Positions 13,256-25,400 of a DNA stretch of 64,000 nt are shown here, piece after piece (positions within the stretch are counted from its first letter, which is position 1; each line of letters begins with the position of its first letter). The stretch is from Phoronis australis. Taxonomy: Eukaryota > Animalia > Phoronida. A program made the position numbers and the translations under genes. The DNA is taken from contig NMRA01000141.1 in NCBI GenBank assembly GCA_002633005.1, forward strand, positions 796,905-860,904, read 5' to 3'. The notes beneath the pieces were generated by a model. That model searched no databases and was not told the DNA's origin. It saw only the letters and a program-made list of their open reading frames with translations.

Positions 13256-14472
13256 TCTTAAGTCTTGATTACATCACATGAAGCAGACGTCTGATTCCAT
13301 TCAGCCTTAAGTCTTGATTACATCACATGAAGCAGACGTCTTTTTCCATTCAGACAAGCCCATAACATTCAATCTACAGCACAAGACTAGTAGCCGATAT
13401 TTGACACTTTCAAACTCTGGATGTTACGTAGGGCCTAGTGTATCATCCTATTTGGGGAATCTCTTCAGTTCATGTGTCAGCCACATGGCACAGCTGAGTA
13501 AAGCTAAAGAACCAGCCTGGTGACTGGCAGCCCATTTGGTTTCCACCATCGTAAGCAGTGTTGTTATGCCAAGTGTGATCTGAAGAAGAATAGTATCATA
13601 ATACACATTCCACACAATTTCTGAAATCAACATTCAGTAGGTTACACTTTCAAATTGCAAAATGTATTAACTAGAGGCCATGAGGTATGTGTGAATGACT
13701 CAACTTCTACTGACTGACGATATTCAATAAATGCAACATTTAAGAATGGAGTTTTGTCTCAAGCTAAGTANTGATTACAACTCATGAAGCAGACGTCTGA
13801 TTACATTCAGCCTTAAGTCTTGATTACATCTCATGAAGCAGACGTCAGATTACATTCAGCCTTAAGTCTTGATTACATCTCATGAAGCAGACGTCTGATT
13901 CCATTCAGCCTTAAGTCTTGATTACATCACATGAAGCAGACGTCTGGTTCCATTCAGCCTTAAGTCTTGATTACAACTCATGAAGCAGACGTCTGATTAC
14001 ATTCAGCCTTAAGTCTTGATTACATCACATGAAGCAGACGTCTTTTTCCATTCAGACAAGCCCATAACATTCAATCTACAGCACAGGACTAGTAGCCGAT
14101 ATTTGACACTTTCAAACTCTGGATGTTACATAGGGCCTAGTGTATCATCCTATTTGGGGAATCTCTTCAGTTCATGTGTCAGCCACATGGCACAGCTGAG
14201 TAAAGCTAAAGAACCAGCCTGGTGACTGGCAGCCCATTTGGTTTCCACCATCGTAAGCAGTGTTGTTATGCCAAGTGTGATCTGAAGAAGAATAGTATCA
14301 CAATACACATTCCACACAATTTCTGAAATCAACATACAGTAGGTTACACTTTCAAATTGCAAAATGTATTAACTAGAGGCCATGAGGTATGTGTGAATGA
14401 CTCAACTTCTACTGACTGACGATATTCAATAAATGCAACATTTAAGAATGGAGTTTTGTCTCAAGCTAAGTA
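13256..14472. repeat. Near-identical ~515-bp direct duplication (13256-13770 vs ~13958-14472) including the COX15 last exon, split by a single N at 13771
   Basis: Exon copies at 13448-13579 and 14150-14281 translate identically; a few substitutions in the flanking non-coding sequence. Confidence 0.9.
13772..14053. repeat. 49-bp tandem repeat (at least ~5.5 copies; ~2 copies at 13256-13353) in the COX15 3'UTR
   Basis: Unit gattacatcacatgaagcagacgtctgattccattcagccttaagtctt repeated head to tail. Confidence 0.92.
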
Positions 14473-17400
14473 AAAAGTTTCAGACTCACAAACTACACTT
14501 AGTCTAGACTTTCAGGTGTAAGATTGAATAGGGAATTTGTTTCAAACAAAAATTTTCAGCAGAACAACAGAACAAATTGACAACCAACCTTCCACAATGG
14601 GGCTCATTAACAAAACAACACAAATCACAATACACACATCTTTATACATTACTACAAATAACCCAGAAAAGTTATGATTTGAATGGTAAAAACCACTCGA
14701 GTTATATCCCGTTCTCTTTTTTGAGGACTAGGAGCCAAAGATGGGTATCATAGCCTCATCAACCTCCCAATGTTTATAAGTGTACAACACCCAGGTACAA
14801 CACAGCTCTTATCAGACAATTGAATCAGCAGCGGTTAATGAATAAGAGATCAGGTCATACGATGAATGTTTTCAGTCATCCAGTTGGGTCAGTATAAGAA
14901 ACAATAAATACGTAGCCATATCTACATAGCGTAAGAGATCAGGTCATTATAACCTGTCCTAGCCAAAACTTAGAATGTGGAATAGTTCAGATCAATACCT
15001 GTACAAAGGCCATTGCCAGCAGACAGTTAACAGCCAGTCGTGCCCTGGGGGGCAGGGGAGCTTTCCGACAAAGCCACCAGAGTGCCAGCACACTGGTGCC
15101 TGTGATCTCACCCAGAGCACGATGGTTGAACTGCACACACGTTGGGTTCTCGAGCATGTTCTTCCACTTAGGTGACATGGCGAAGAGATCAGAAGGGATC
15201 CATCGGTCAGCAAACTTGGGCCACGTGTTGTAAACGAGACCAGCGTCGAGTCCCGCAACAAAGGCACCTACATAGAATGTTCTGGTTATGTAATACTTGT
15301 GGGAACACAGTAAATTTCAGTATTGTTCTTTTAAGAAATCGGTAGCTTATTTTACAAGGTACGTACCATAAATAATTACTTTGTTTCGAAAGCAGTCATG
15401 TGAAGGATTTTGCTCGTAAAACACAACTGCAACCGCACATGCATGCATTTTACTTAAAATTTATTTAGTCTGGGAAGACTCTTCAATGCAAAATGCTGGA
15501 TTCACAGAGGACCCTGGCAGAACTTTACACGTACTACCGTATTCGCCGTAATAACCGCCCATGCCCCTATAAGCGCCCCCCCACGCGTTTTCAGACTTTG
15601 CTGGAATAAGCGCCCAGTCCATGAACGTGTACATGCGAACAATGACGTACCTTCAGTTCTAAAACTTGGCTACAGTAACGTCTTCAATTTATCAAAAAAG
15701 TTTTGCACGGGTCTTCTAGACCACCAGCGGCACTGCTACATTTGTATTTAGCCGTGACAATACACTTCAAAGTAACACAGCGCTTCAAAAAGAACGCAAC
15801 AGCGTTGCTACTTTCGCGACGACCGTGTCCCACTATGGTCTGACCTCACAGTACACATCGACTGTCTCATGAATAAAAATAACTCGGTGTTGAACGCACG
15901 TGGCCAGAAAGCGCGCGCTACATATATGAACCTAGCTGTCATCAAAGACATTAGTCGAGAACTATCCATTCATGAAACGGGTAGCATAGCATCGGTAAGA
16001 AATGAATATTGGCCCTAATTTCCGACAATTTCTAATACTATAAAACATGTTTGCGTTATTTTTTAGATGGATTGTTTGATTAACCATAATTGGTGTTTTT
16101 AAGCCGAATATCGAATAAAACGACAACCGACAGCGAATGCTTACACACCCTTACACCGAAAAATAACTGTCAGAACAGTTACGTACGCATCCAGCTACAC
16201 GGCGACTAATATGGGCCTTACCGAAACAAATGTCGAACGTTTTTAGCACGAGACCGACAAGTGCTGAATGAAACACGCTCTGGTTTAGGCCTACTGCTTG
16301 TGCAAATTTCTTTAGACACAATGCACATCTAGCTCGTTAGATTGCGTGGCTCTGGCCAAAAGACGGTCTCTGCTTTGTCAAATGAACTCTGGTTACACGC
16401 ACGCGCTCGCTTACTCGCAGACGAACTTCAAAACAAACGTCACGTGACAACAACATGTGTGTTCGTCCAGACATTTTTCTCGCCGTGTTGCCGATCATAC
16501 ATGTAGATGGCACGATGTTGCGCAGATTTGTACTTAAAACTGCCGTAAATCTAGACTCCACGGGAACTTAAAAAAGTCATAGGGACGCTACTTAGAAAAC
16601 TTAATGAGGATTTCAGGTAATTTGCTTGAGTCGAAACTATTTTTATTCAAGCATTGAAGTCGCCATATCGAAGACGGCGATTTTGAGGCAGTCAGTCGGC
16701 GAGTTTTCGCCCTGGGATTCCCCTGAGCACGATTTTCTGTAAAATGATCGTAATTTAGCAGCTAAGTTTGATAGCAATGCACCACAGTTTTGTTGGAAGT
16801 CTTTCATAGATTACAGATACGTCAAAGAACGTAAATTTGATGAATCTTAGCTTCCGATTTCACCCGTTTCGGAGACCGGGTTTCAACCGCCTTGGATTAT
16901 AATAAGCGCCCCCCTTAAACCGAACTTTTCTAAGCGTCCTGGGCGGTTATTACGGCGAATACGGTAGTTATATTATAAAACAACAAATTAAAGAAGTATA
17001 AACCATCCTTTATTGTCTAAGCCCCTAACAAGGAACATCAAACGTGCTTAGGAGAATATGTCACAGCATGGGGAAGAATCAAGAACAACTCACCAGATAC
17101 CAAAGTAAGAAAGGTCAGTGCCTTCACTCCATGTGCCATGCCACGGATCATGGGCAGCTTGTGGAGATGTGCTACCTGAGATAAAGAATGATCACTTGTC
17201 TAAATGAACATGATTTGATATAAAGTACTATGATTATATTGTGCTATTACACATCGACGTTCAAAAGTCAACTCTTACACAGAGGAGGATTTGTACAGAC
17301 AGCCTTAGGAATCTATAAGTAACAGCTCCAGGAATACTACAGCACCCTCTCTGACTCTGCAGTATTCACTTACAATGCTGTGCACCAATGGGTCACTTGC

Positions 17401-20400
17401 CCCACAGTTGTAAAAAGCTGCAATACTAATCTTTATTTTCCATCAAAATTAGCATGCCGTTTTTCAATCCAATGGGAATAAAGCTTCACTGATGCATAGT
17501 AAGTCGCAAAGCATACAAAAATTGAAAAGCTGAGAGAGGTTCCACAAAGCATTCTTCAACTGTCCCACTCAAAAGCATGTTAGCGGCCTTAGAGTTTTAA
17601 AACCAGGCCTGTCGTACAATGCCTTTTTGTACCCCTCCATAAGAAGAGAGATGGTTTCAGGATGTGAGAAGTGAACTGGTGGAAGAACATAAAAAAATTC
17701 TCATTGCTCACTCAAGATATACAGATTTTCCAACTAGTCCCATTTTCAAAGTTGTTGCAGGCAAGCTATAACCACCAATTTACCACAATGAGTCAGGTTA
17801 TGTATAAATTTACCAGGACTATAGAAATGCACTTTCTTTGATAACTCAACTCCTAAGGAATCATGCAAGGCATGCAACCAACATCATCCCCACATTCAAC
17901 ATTCACTAACTTTATCTCCAGTCTTATATAATCAGAGTGAATTCAAATTCGCACACTCGATGTCATATGTGAGTACTCAACCAACACAGGTTGCCCTCAT
18001 CTTGATGTAAATTTATTTTAACCACCAGAGCTTTCATGAACGAATAAAGTGTCTTCACCTACCGACTGAGGGGGTAACATGTGACTGAAAGCACTCCACA
18101 GAAACAGTGAATACAATAAGGCAGCTGTGCTGAGATGAGCTGCCAATCTGTATTGACTAACACGAGGAACGTCCACCTCAGGGTTAACCTCTAAACCACT
18201 TTTGACCATATACCAGCCAAGGAGGCCCTGAAAGTAATAAATTAGCAAAATGGAACGGTGCAATTTCTCATTTCCTGGTTGTCCCTAGTAAACTTTAAAA
18301 CTACTTTGTACCAAACCTCACTTATCATAATCAAGACCGTCACTAATGAGAACTTAACATTACCTTTGGATCGATGCATGATTTGTGATGGAGCTGCACC
18401 AAGTATATTTATCAACTAGGATATCTACATGATTGATACAAAACACACTAAAGCACCACAACAAAACATGCCTACTGGCAGGTTTTTACAACTGAGTGTC
18501 CCGAAACAAATGTTTCACTTATTGATTTGTTATATCCCCATGATTAATTCACCAACATTCATAAAATTTGGCGGAGAGTTACCTTAATCTTTTTCTAGCC
18601 ACTTTACAAAAATTCAAAAGGCAGATGTTCACCATTGTACAATTATTGACAATTTCACAAAACTGCAAAATAGTTGTGCAAGACTGACCTCCTACTTGTA
18701 TCATTCGTGTAAAAAAGCATATTTGGTTGTGGTCTGTGCCCACACTCATTTTGAAACCTGTGTCTCACTGCTTAGGAAAAAAGCCTCTCCCCAACCCGCA
18801 CCTCACTACTGAAGAGGAAGGAGGCTAAGTGGCAGTTTTTCAGTATGTCGTTATTTACACTATTCCTAGTGGTTTTCTTTAATAGTTGACTTTCTTAATA
18901 GAAACAGATGGAGTTGTTTTGTGCCAATTCTTGTTGTTATTGAACATTCAATTAATCACATAAAATGGAAATTCAAGGACACACTGTTTTGGAAAACCCC
19001 ATATATACAAAAACATGCAGGTTTTGACTGATTTAAGCTATCTTTAAAACCTAAACAAATGCCTCAGATCACCCCAAAATTATGAATTAAAAATGACTCA
19101 TCAAAATGCAGACATAGTGTAAAACAATTAAAAATGAGCATGAATGCATTAAGTGAACTTTTAACGACATTAAAGGAAATCGTTTGCTTTATGTTACGTT
19201 TTGAAATCATACCTGGAAACCAATTAAACTACCAAATATGAGAACCCTTGGTTTCAGGGTTTTGGACAGCCAGCCCTTCTGCCAGAAATACAGAGCTGGA
19301 AGTGCAAAGACCAACCCCACAGCCCGGCCCCACATTCTGTGACCGTACTCCATGTGGAAGATGAATTTGAAATCTTTTAGCGTCATGTCATGTCCATTGC
19401 TGAAAAGGCAAAGTTTAACCACTCAATATCACAGAAATTGCTGTATTATTTGTTTGGTTTGCATTGAACTAAAAGAATACAGTCTGCAAAACTAACAGGA
19501 TTGTAAAATATGTCTGCCAACATCATATCCTTAATTAGGAAAAGTATCTTAACTATTGAAAATCTGTGGACTCGCGTCAACACGCAGAGTGATTTTATGC
19601 CACAGGTAACAAAAGTATAAAAACGTTATCCCTATAGCTCAATCCTTACACTTGGAACTCAGGAAACTGTTTGTATTTCTCAAATTCCGCAATCCACTCT
19701 TCTTCTGTTTTGGGAGGTCTTCTGCCCAGGAGTTTCCAGTCAACCATGGAAAGACCAGATTCTGTTAACCTAAAAACAGTTTAACGTACAAGATTCAAAT
19801 ACTAATGTTACAGCTAGTAGATCTGGTAGCTGTGACCAAGGTTACTGTCACAAGCTGAAACTGCAAGAGATACGAACATTTCAGTTCTGAGTCAAGAAAC
19901 TGTCCAATCACTCTGACTACCAAGGTTCAGCTTCATGAGCCATCTAATCACTGATAATAATCAACATATTTACAGTAAGTATGATTCAAACTCTTCATTT
20001 TAAGTTGAGGTCATTATCAGTCAGATTTTCATCTCACTCAGACGAAGTTCCACTATTCAGTAGGTCTAGTTTGTGCACACTCGACATACAAACCTTGTGA
20101 CTCCCCCAAGTACCACTGCACCAAACACCATTCCAGCACACGTGACTAGCCATCGGCCGACCCATTTGCGAGCATGGGGAGGAATGTTTTCTACTTCCAC
20201 ATAGCCCAGTTTCAGCGTTGCGTTCTCAGCACTAGACGTCGTCTGCCGGACAAACTGTGACAGTGCTGACTGCTTCTGCAATGTAAAAATATGTACAGGT
20301 GATATCCATACGCAATGTCAGTCTAATAAGCCATCATGCTTCAACTCAATTTTGCCAATGTAATTTCTTTTAATTCTTCAGATATGAAACATGTTTTGTA

Positions 20401-20901
20401 TCTCACATTGGGGCTAGCGCATGGGCTTTAATATGTAACTATATGGTGTAAGAATAGCGAAAAGTTACATGATAAGGACCGTCGTGTTTCCAAATCTGGA
20501 CACAGGTAACTAAGAAAGATGAATACAAATAATTTTGAAACACAAGCACTTACAGAATTCTTAAGTACACCTTTCTTGTTGAAACATCTCAAGAATTGAC
20601 GAGCAAATGTCTGCGAACTGGTGGTGAATTTGTGAACTTGTGTCTTCAGTGTAGAAGGGGAACAACTTTGACACTGTAATGGAAATGAACACATGAAGGA
20701 TTTTCTTGGGTACTCAATGGGTTGTCCATGAATTACATGACTTGTCTGTCAGGTGTCACTAGGCCTGGTAAGATGAATACAATAAATTTAATAACTGGCC
20801 ACTAGGGCTATCTCCTGATTACCTAAAACAGGTCCTAAGGGTAAGACTTGAACTAACAAAGTTTGCCATCCAAAAGTAAGAGGATTTGAACTGACCAGCA
20901 T
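14150..20901 (-). CDS. COX15: Heme A synthase COX15. Exons 20901-20896, 20673-20554, 20275-20094, 19769-19650, 19399-19213, 18227-18063, 17175-17094, 15267-14999, 14281-14150; about 420 aa
   Basis: Motifs [99 protein letters not shown]. Exon phases are consistent (1263 nt). The first two exons (presumed targeting peptide) are less certain. Confidence 0.96.
15537..16964. mobile_element. Non-autonomous Tc1/mariner (pogo-like) DNA transposon, ~1.43 kb, in a COX15 intron
   Basis: Perfect 25-bp TIR CCGTATTCGCCGTAATAACCGCCCA at both ends, flanked by TA on each side; internal taagcgcc repeats; no transposase ORF seen. Confidence 0.88.
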
Positions 20902-21410
20902 GTATTGAAACAATCAAAAGTAGTAAGGTCAGTTCGGCTAGATTTCAGCTTGTATTATCGCGGACATATACCATCCTGGAGACAACGTCTGGGAGGAAAA
21001 CTTGGAATTCGAATATCTCTGCAAAATTTTCGTTAACATGAAAATGTGAGTATAATAGAGTAGTCAATTCCTAATTCATATATTGGTGTTTTTTTTAATG
21101 GATCCCAAAAGACTGAATGCATGTTATTGCAGGTATATTCCATTCAGGAGGACTTGCACAATGTATGGACGACGTCATCCATACATTGCGCAGATCCATA
21201 CATTGTGCAGAACAGTAACAAGTAATAGAGTCAACTCTATATTTTTGCGAGTGCTGTATCTTAAATGTACATTCTTGCAAGTCTCTCTGGTAGATCCAAG
21301 TTCTGCGTACGTAAAAAACGACTGATCACAATGATAGTGTCTGTTTTGGAGCTGACTGTGTGCTATTCAAAGAAATGAACTGAACAGCTGAAGGCAGCAA
21401 TGATGTCCCA

Positions 21411-21885
21411 ACTGGCAGTAGAGATGGTGACCATGAATCTCATAGGCCCTCCATATGCCAGAAGCTTTTCGTCAAATTAAGCCTCACACCAATATGATGT
21501 AATATCCCCTGAGCAGTGTAAAAATGGCCAGCTGCCGATTTGAGCAACTGAAGGAAGGACTTTTACGAAAAGTTAGTTTGCGGGAGTATTTGTTAGAGTT
21601 GGAAGGAATTGAAGACATCTCAAAGGCCTCCTAAGGCATCCCTCTATGCGCGAAAGGTTCCTTAGCCTATCGCATCACAACTGTTGTGGCTAAATCAGTG
21701 AGAAACATAGACTAAGAGTTCACCGAAAAACTACTGGCATGTGGAGGGCCTACGTCTATGAAATGGCCACCGTCTCTACTGCCAGTAGAAACGGTGACTG
21801 TCTACAATGACGTTAGACAGTGACCACCTTCTCTAGCTGGCCTTGCCTACTGCCGTACAAGGGCCAGCTAGAGACTGTGGTCACC
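21411..21885. mobile_element. MITE-like inverted-repeat element(s) between COX15 and CUTC
   Basis: actggcagtagagatggtgaccat...ggccctccatatgccag pairs with ctggcatgtggagggcc...atggccaccgtctctactgccagt; second hairpin ~21820-21885 (tctctagctggcc / ggccagctagaga). Confidence 0.7.
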
Positions 21886-22495
21886 GCAAGTGCAATGACG
21901 TCTGACAGTGACTGATACTTGAAGTTGAGTCTTGATGTTTAGAAAATTAGGCCTACCAGTCACATACCCCAGTCAAACAGTAGCCTACCCTCACTCAAAT
22001 CACCTTGTTTACCGACAGCGAACCACATCGCAGCAAACTTCGCCAGCAGTGGCTTCCTGGACTAAAAATCCTGGCGTACATTTGTCAAATTGTCTTTACT
22101 GCAAGCTTACATAAATTTCATAGCAGTTCGCATACATCGGGAACACTCCGATGGCACGCACAGATCAGGAAATATTTATGGAGGTTATAAATCAGATAAT
22201 GTAACCAAAAAATTTAATCCTAAGCTTCATGATAATTGTTAAAAACTTTCTTCACTTATAAAATAAAATAAAAAATGTAAAACTAAACGAAAATTGGAAG
22301 ACTAATTCCAGAATATTTCAACAAATCTAACATTTCATATCAATTTCCAGTTTTGAGCTGCTCTCCATAAAATATCCGAATACTTCCGTCTTTGTGACCC
22401 AATTTTATATGGGTCATGTTGAAGCATGAAAACCGTTGTTGAAAGGGTAGGAAATCGTGATTTTTTCTCAAGTAAATGTTCATCGCAAGTGCCCG

Positions 22496-25400
22496 ATGGA
22501 AGTTTGTGTTGACTGTGTAGAATCTGCAGTGAATGCTGAAACAGCAGGTATAAAGTTTGTCGTTATAAATGTTGTGCGTCTGCCGTCTGGTTAAAATTAG
22601 TCGCAAACAACTCGACATACTGTACTGACTTGTACTGTCCCTGGCTGAGCAGCTATCTAGCTACGCAACACACAGCCCCTCGGTTGGCTGGTATTCAGGG
22701 TGATGCAATTGCCAACTGGAGATGGTTGTCACTTTCCACTAATTGACCTATCGCCAGGATTTTGATTGACGGCTGAACTGACCTATTAGAATGCAGAATT
22801 CTTGACACACCTCCGTTTCCAAGCCGCTATTTTACCCGACAAACAACATGTTGCTGGGTAAAACTTATTGCTTGTTTGTCGACATTTCGCAAAAGGGTAT
22901 TTTGCGATAGGTCAATTAGCCAGCCAGATAACTTAATGAAGACTATCGTCAAAATTCAGCTAGGAACCACTGTGTTAAGCTCCAATAGACCTCAAAATTT
23001 CGCACAATGCCCAGGGAGTCAACCGACACTTAANNNNNNNNNNNNNNNNNNNNNNNNNNNNNNNNNNNNNNNNNNNNNNNNNNNNNNNNNNNNNNNNNNN
23101 NNNNNNNNNNNNNNNNNNNNNNNNNNNNNNNNNNNNNNNNNNNNNNNNNNNNNNNNNNNNNNNNNNNNNNNNNNNNNNNNNNNNNNNNNNNNNNNNNNNN
23201 NNNNNNNNNNNNNNNNNNNNNNNNNNNNNNNNNNNNNNNNNNNNNNNNNNNNNNNNNNNNNNNNNNNNNNNNNNNNNNNNNNNNNNNNNNNNNNNNNNNN
23301 NNNNNNNNNNNNNNNNNNNNNNNNNNNNNNNNNNNNNNNNNNNNNNNNNNNNNNNNNNNNNNNNNNNNNNNNNNNNNNNNNNNNNNNNNNNNNNNNTGTC
23401 CTGTTACGGCGACTTCGTAAGAAATTCGCAGTCAAAGAACAAAAATGTTCACAAAAAGCCCCCACACACGTTCTCCCTAGGCCCGTCGAGGTCAAGGATG
23501 GTACGGAAATTGCCGCTTTGTCGCGTAAAGTCACGATGTCGCTACTTCCGTTATTCACCGGCAATTTCCGTACCGTCCTTGACCTCGACGGGCCCAGGGA
23601 GAACGTGTGTGGGGGCTTTTTGTGAACATTTTTGTTCTTTGACTGCGAATTTCTTACGAAGTCGCTGTAACAAGACACTGTGAATGGTATTGGGAGAAAG
23701 AACAATTCTTCATGGTTTGTTGAACCCCTGTTTTGTGTAAATTTATTGAGTTTTATGTTTGCTATGGACGGCTGAAGTGAAGCACCCGTGGAATTTCTAG
23801 TCGGGAGTGTCCTACCTTGTAGTATTATATGTAGTGTATTGGGGATGATCAGAAGCTGAGGACGCCTGTGGTTGCAGCAGGCGTCCACAGGCAATAGTGT
23901 ACCCACATAAAAAGTTACTCATTTCAAAATACAAGGAAAAACTTCGAATGAAACATGCATATATACACACTGAATTGTAATTAATATACACCATGACTCA
24001 ACATAATCTGTTGTAAACTGTGAACACACTTGCGACAAAAGAAGTGGATTAAAGAGTCACCGAAAACAGAAATTGGCCAACACATGGTGCACTTCATAAG
24101 TTCAAGTTGGCACGTATGATTGTTCTAAAATTTAATGCAGAATAACGGACAAATTCACAGCTTTTCTCACCTTTATCCACTTGAAATTAGTTTACTTTAA
24201 AAGGAAGAGGCTAGTTGTTAATTACATTATTTTTGGATCAAATTTATTTCTGAGTCGCTTCCTTTTTGCCTACATCGATCCACAGTTTTATTTCGGTAAA
24301 GCGAGCTTTGTACCATGGGACTATTCTGTACATGCAAGAAGCTCCTGAAAAAGCAAGATCATTGATTGAAAGGCGAGTGTTTCACGAGTATGCTTGAGAT
24401 CACTTGCAACCTCTGCAGTGACACTTGCGACCTCTGCAGTGATTGGTCGGTGAGATTAGAGTGTTGGAAGATTTCTTACTGCAAGTGTTTCGCGAGTGTC
24501 TCGACTCTATGGAACCACAAATCATTGGCAGCAGATTTGCAACTGCGATGTTTTCCTATGAAATTCCCAGGGGATGTGCTATGCTCTTCTAATGCACAAC
24601 TGAGCTTAGCACGTGATATACTTGCTGGAAGTGCAACATGCTGTGACATCAGAAATCGCAAGCGAATGGTGACGGTTTTATTGGCCACTGCTTGTTTGCA
24701 AGATCACAGATCATTCGCATTGAGCATAATACAGAGTTGGTGGTCCATGTACTATAGTCTATGATGGAGCACAATCCTGGTCCTGGCTTCTAAACTCTTC
24801 CACAGCCCCATCTAGTGAGTCTGGCTGAGATTGCACTTGGGCTGAAAGTAGTGTGCCACAGGCACAAGGATGGTATCCATGGTTAACTTGCCAACTGGAC
24901 GTTATCGCTGTGAGGCGTAGATAACATTCAATAACAATAGGCTGAAAATCACAAAAAAAATAACAATCTGTCTGCAAACTTTTGCTTTTTGTGATGTTCC
25001 TTTGTCAGCCTTGTCTTCTGCAGTGTCTTCACTTATATAAATTTAGGATTACAGTTGGCCTACGTAGATTAATGAAGAAAAAAATTTCTATTCAGTATTT
25101 TAGCAACTTATTGCTCTTGCCAAGTATATGTTGTCCGTTTCATACCATACTTTTCCAGTTTACATGTTTGTTGTTTTAAAAAAGCATAGTTGCCAAAAAG
25201 CATTGTTGGTTGTGGTCTGTTTTTTTGCTAATCGAATCTAAAGATTCGTCTTTTTTTAGTTTCAAACTTTTGCTGACCATTGGTTATGTGCCATGGTGCA
25301 GCTTATTAAAAAACACAGAACCTTAAGTGAAACTGATGTGTCTGGGCTAGACCTGAACCAATTTTGCTTGTTTGTATTAACAACAATGAGCTTGTTGATT

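Noticed and set aside
13772-14053. 49-bp repeats as a CRISPR array
   Set aside because: Units are contiguous with no unique spacers, there are no cas genes, and the context is a eukaryotic 3'UTR.
20972-21039. Alternative COX15 first exon MLTKILQRYS...
   Set aside because: Its candidate donor is phase 2 and gives a stop in the next exon; ATG CTG|gtcagt at 20901 fits phase 0.
22876-23906. Long 249-aa and 295-aa ORFs
   Set aside because: They are inflated by the N run and read through a palindromic repeat; no recognisable domain.
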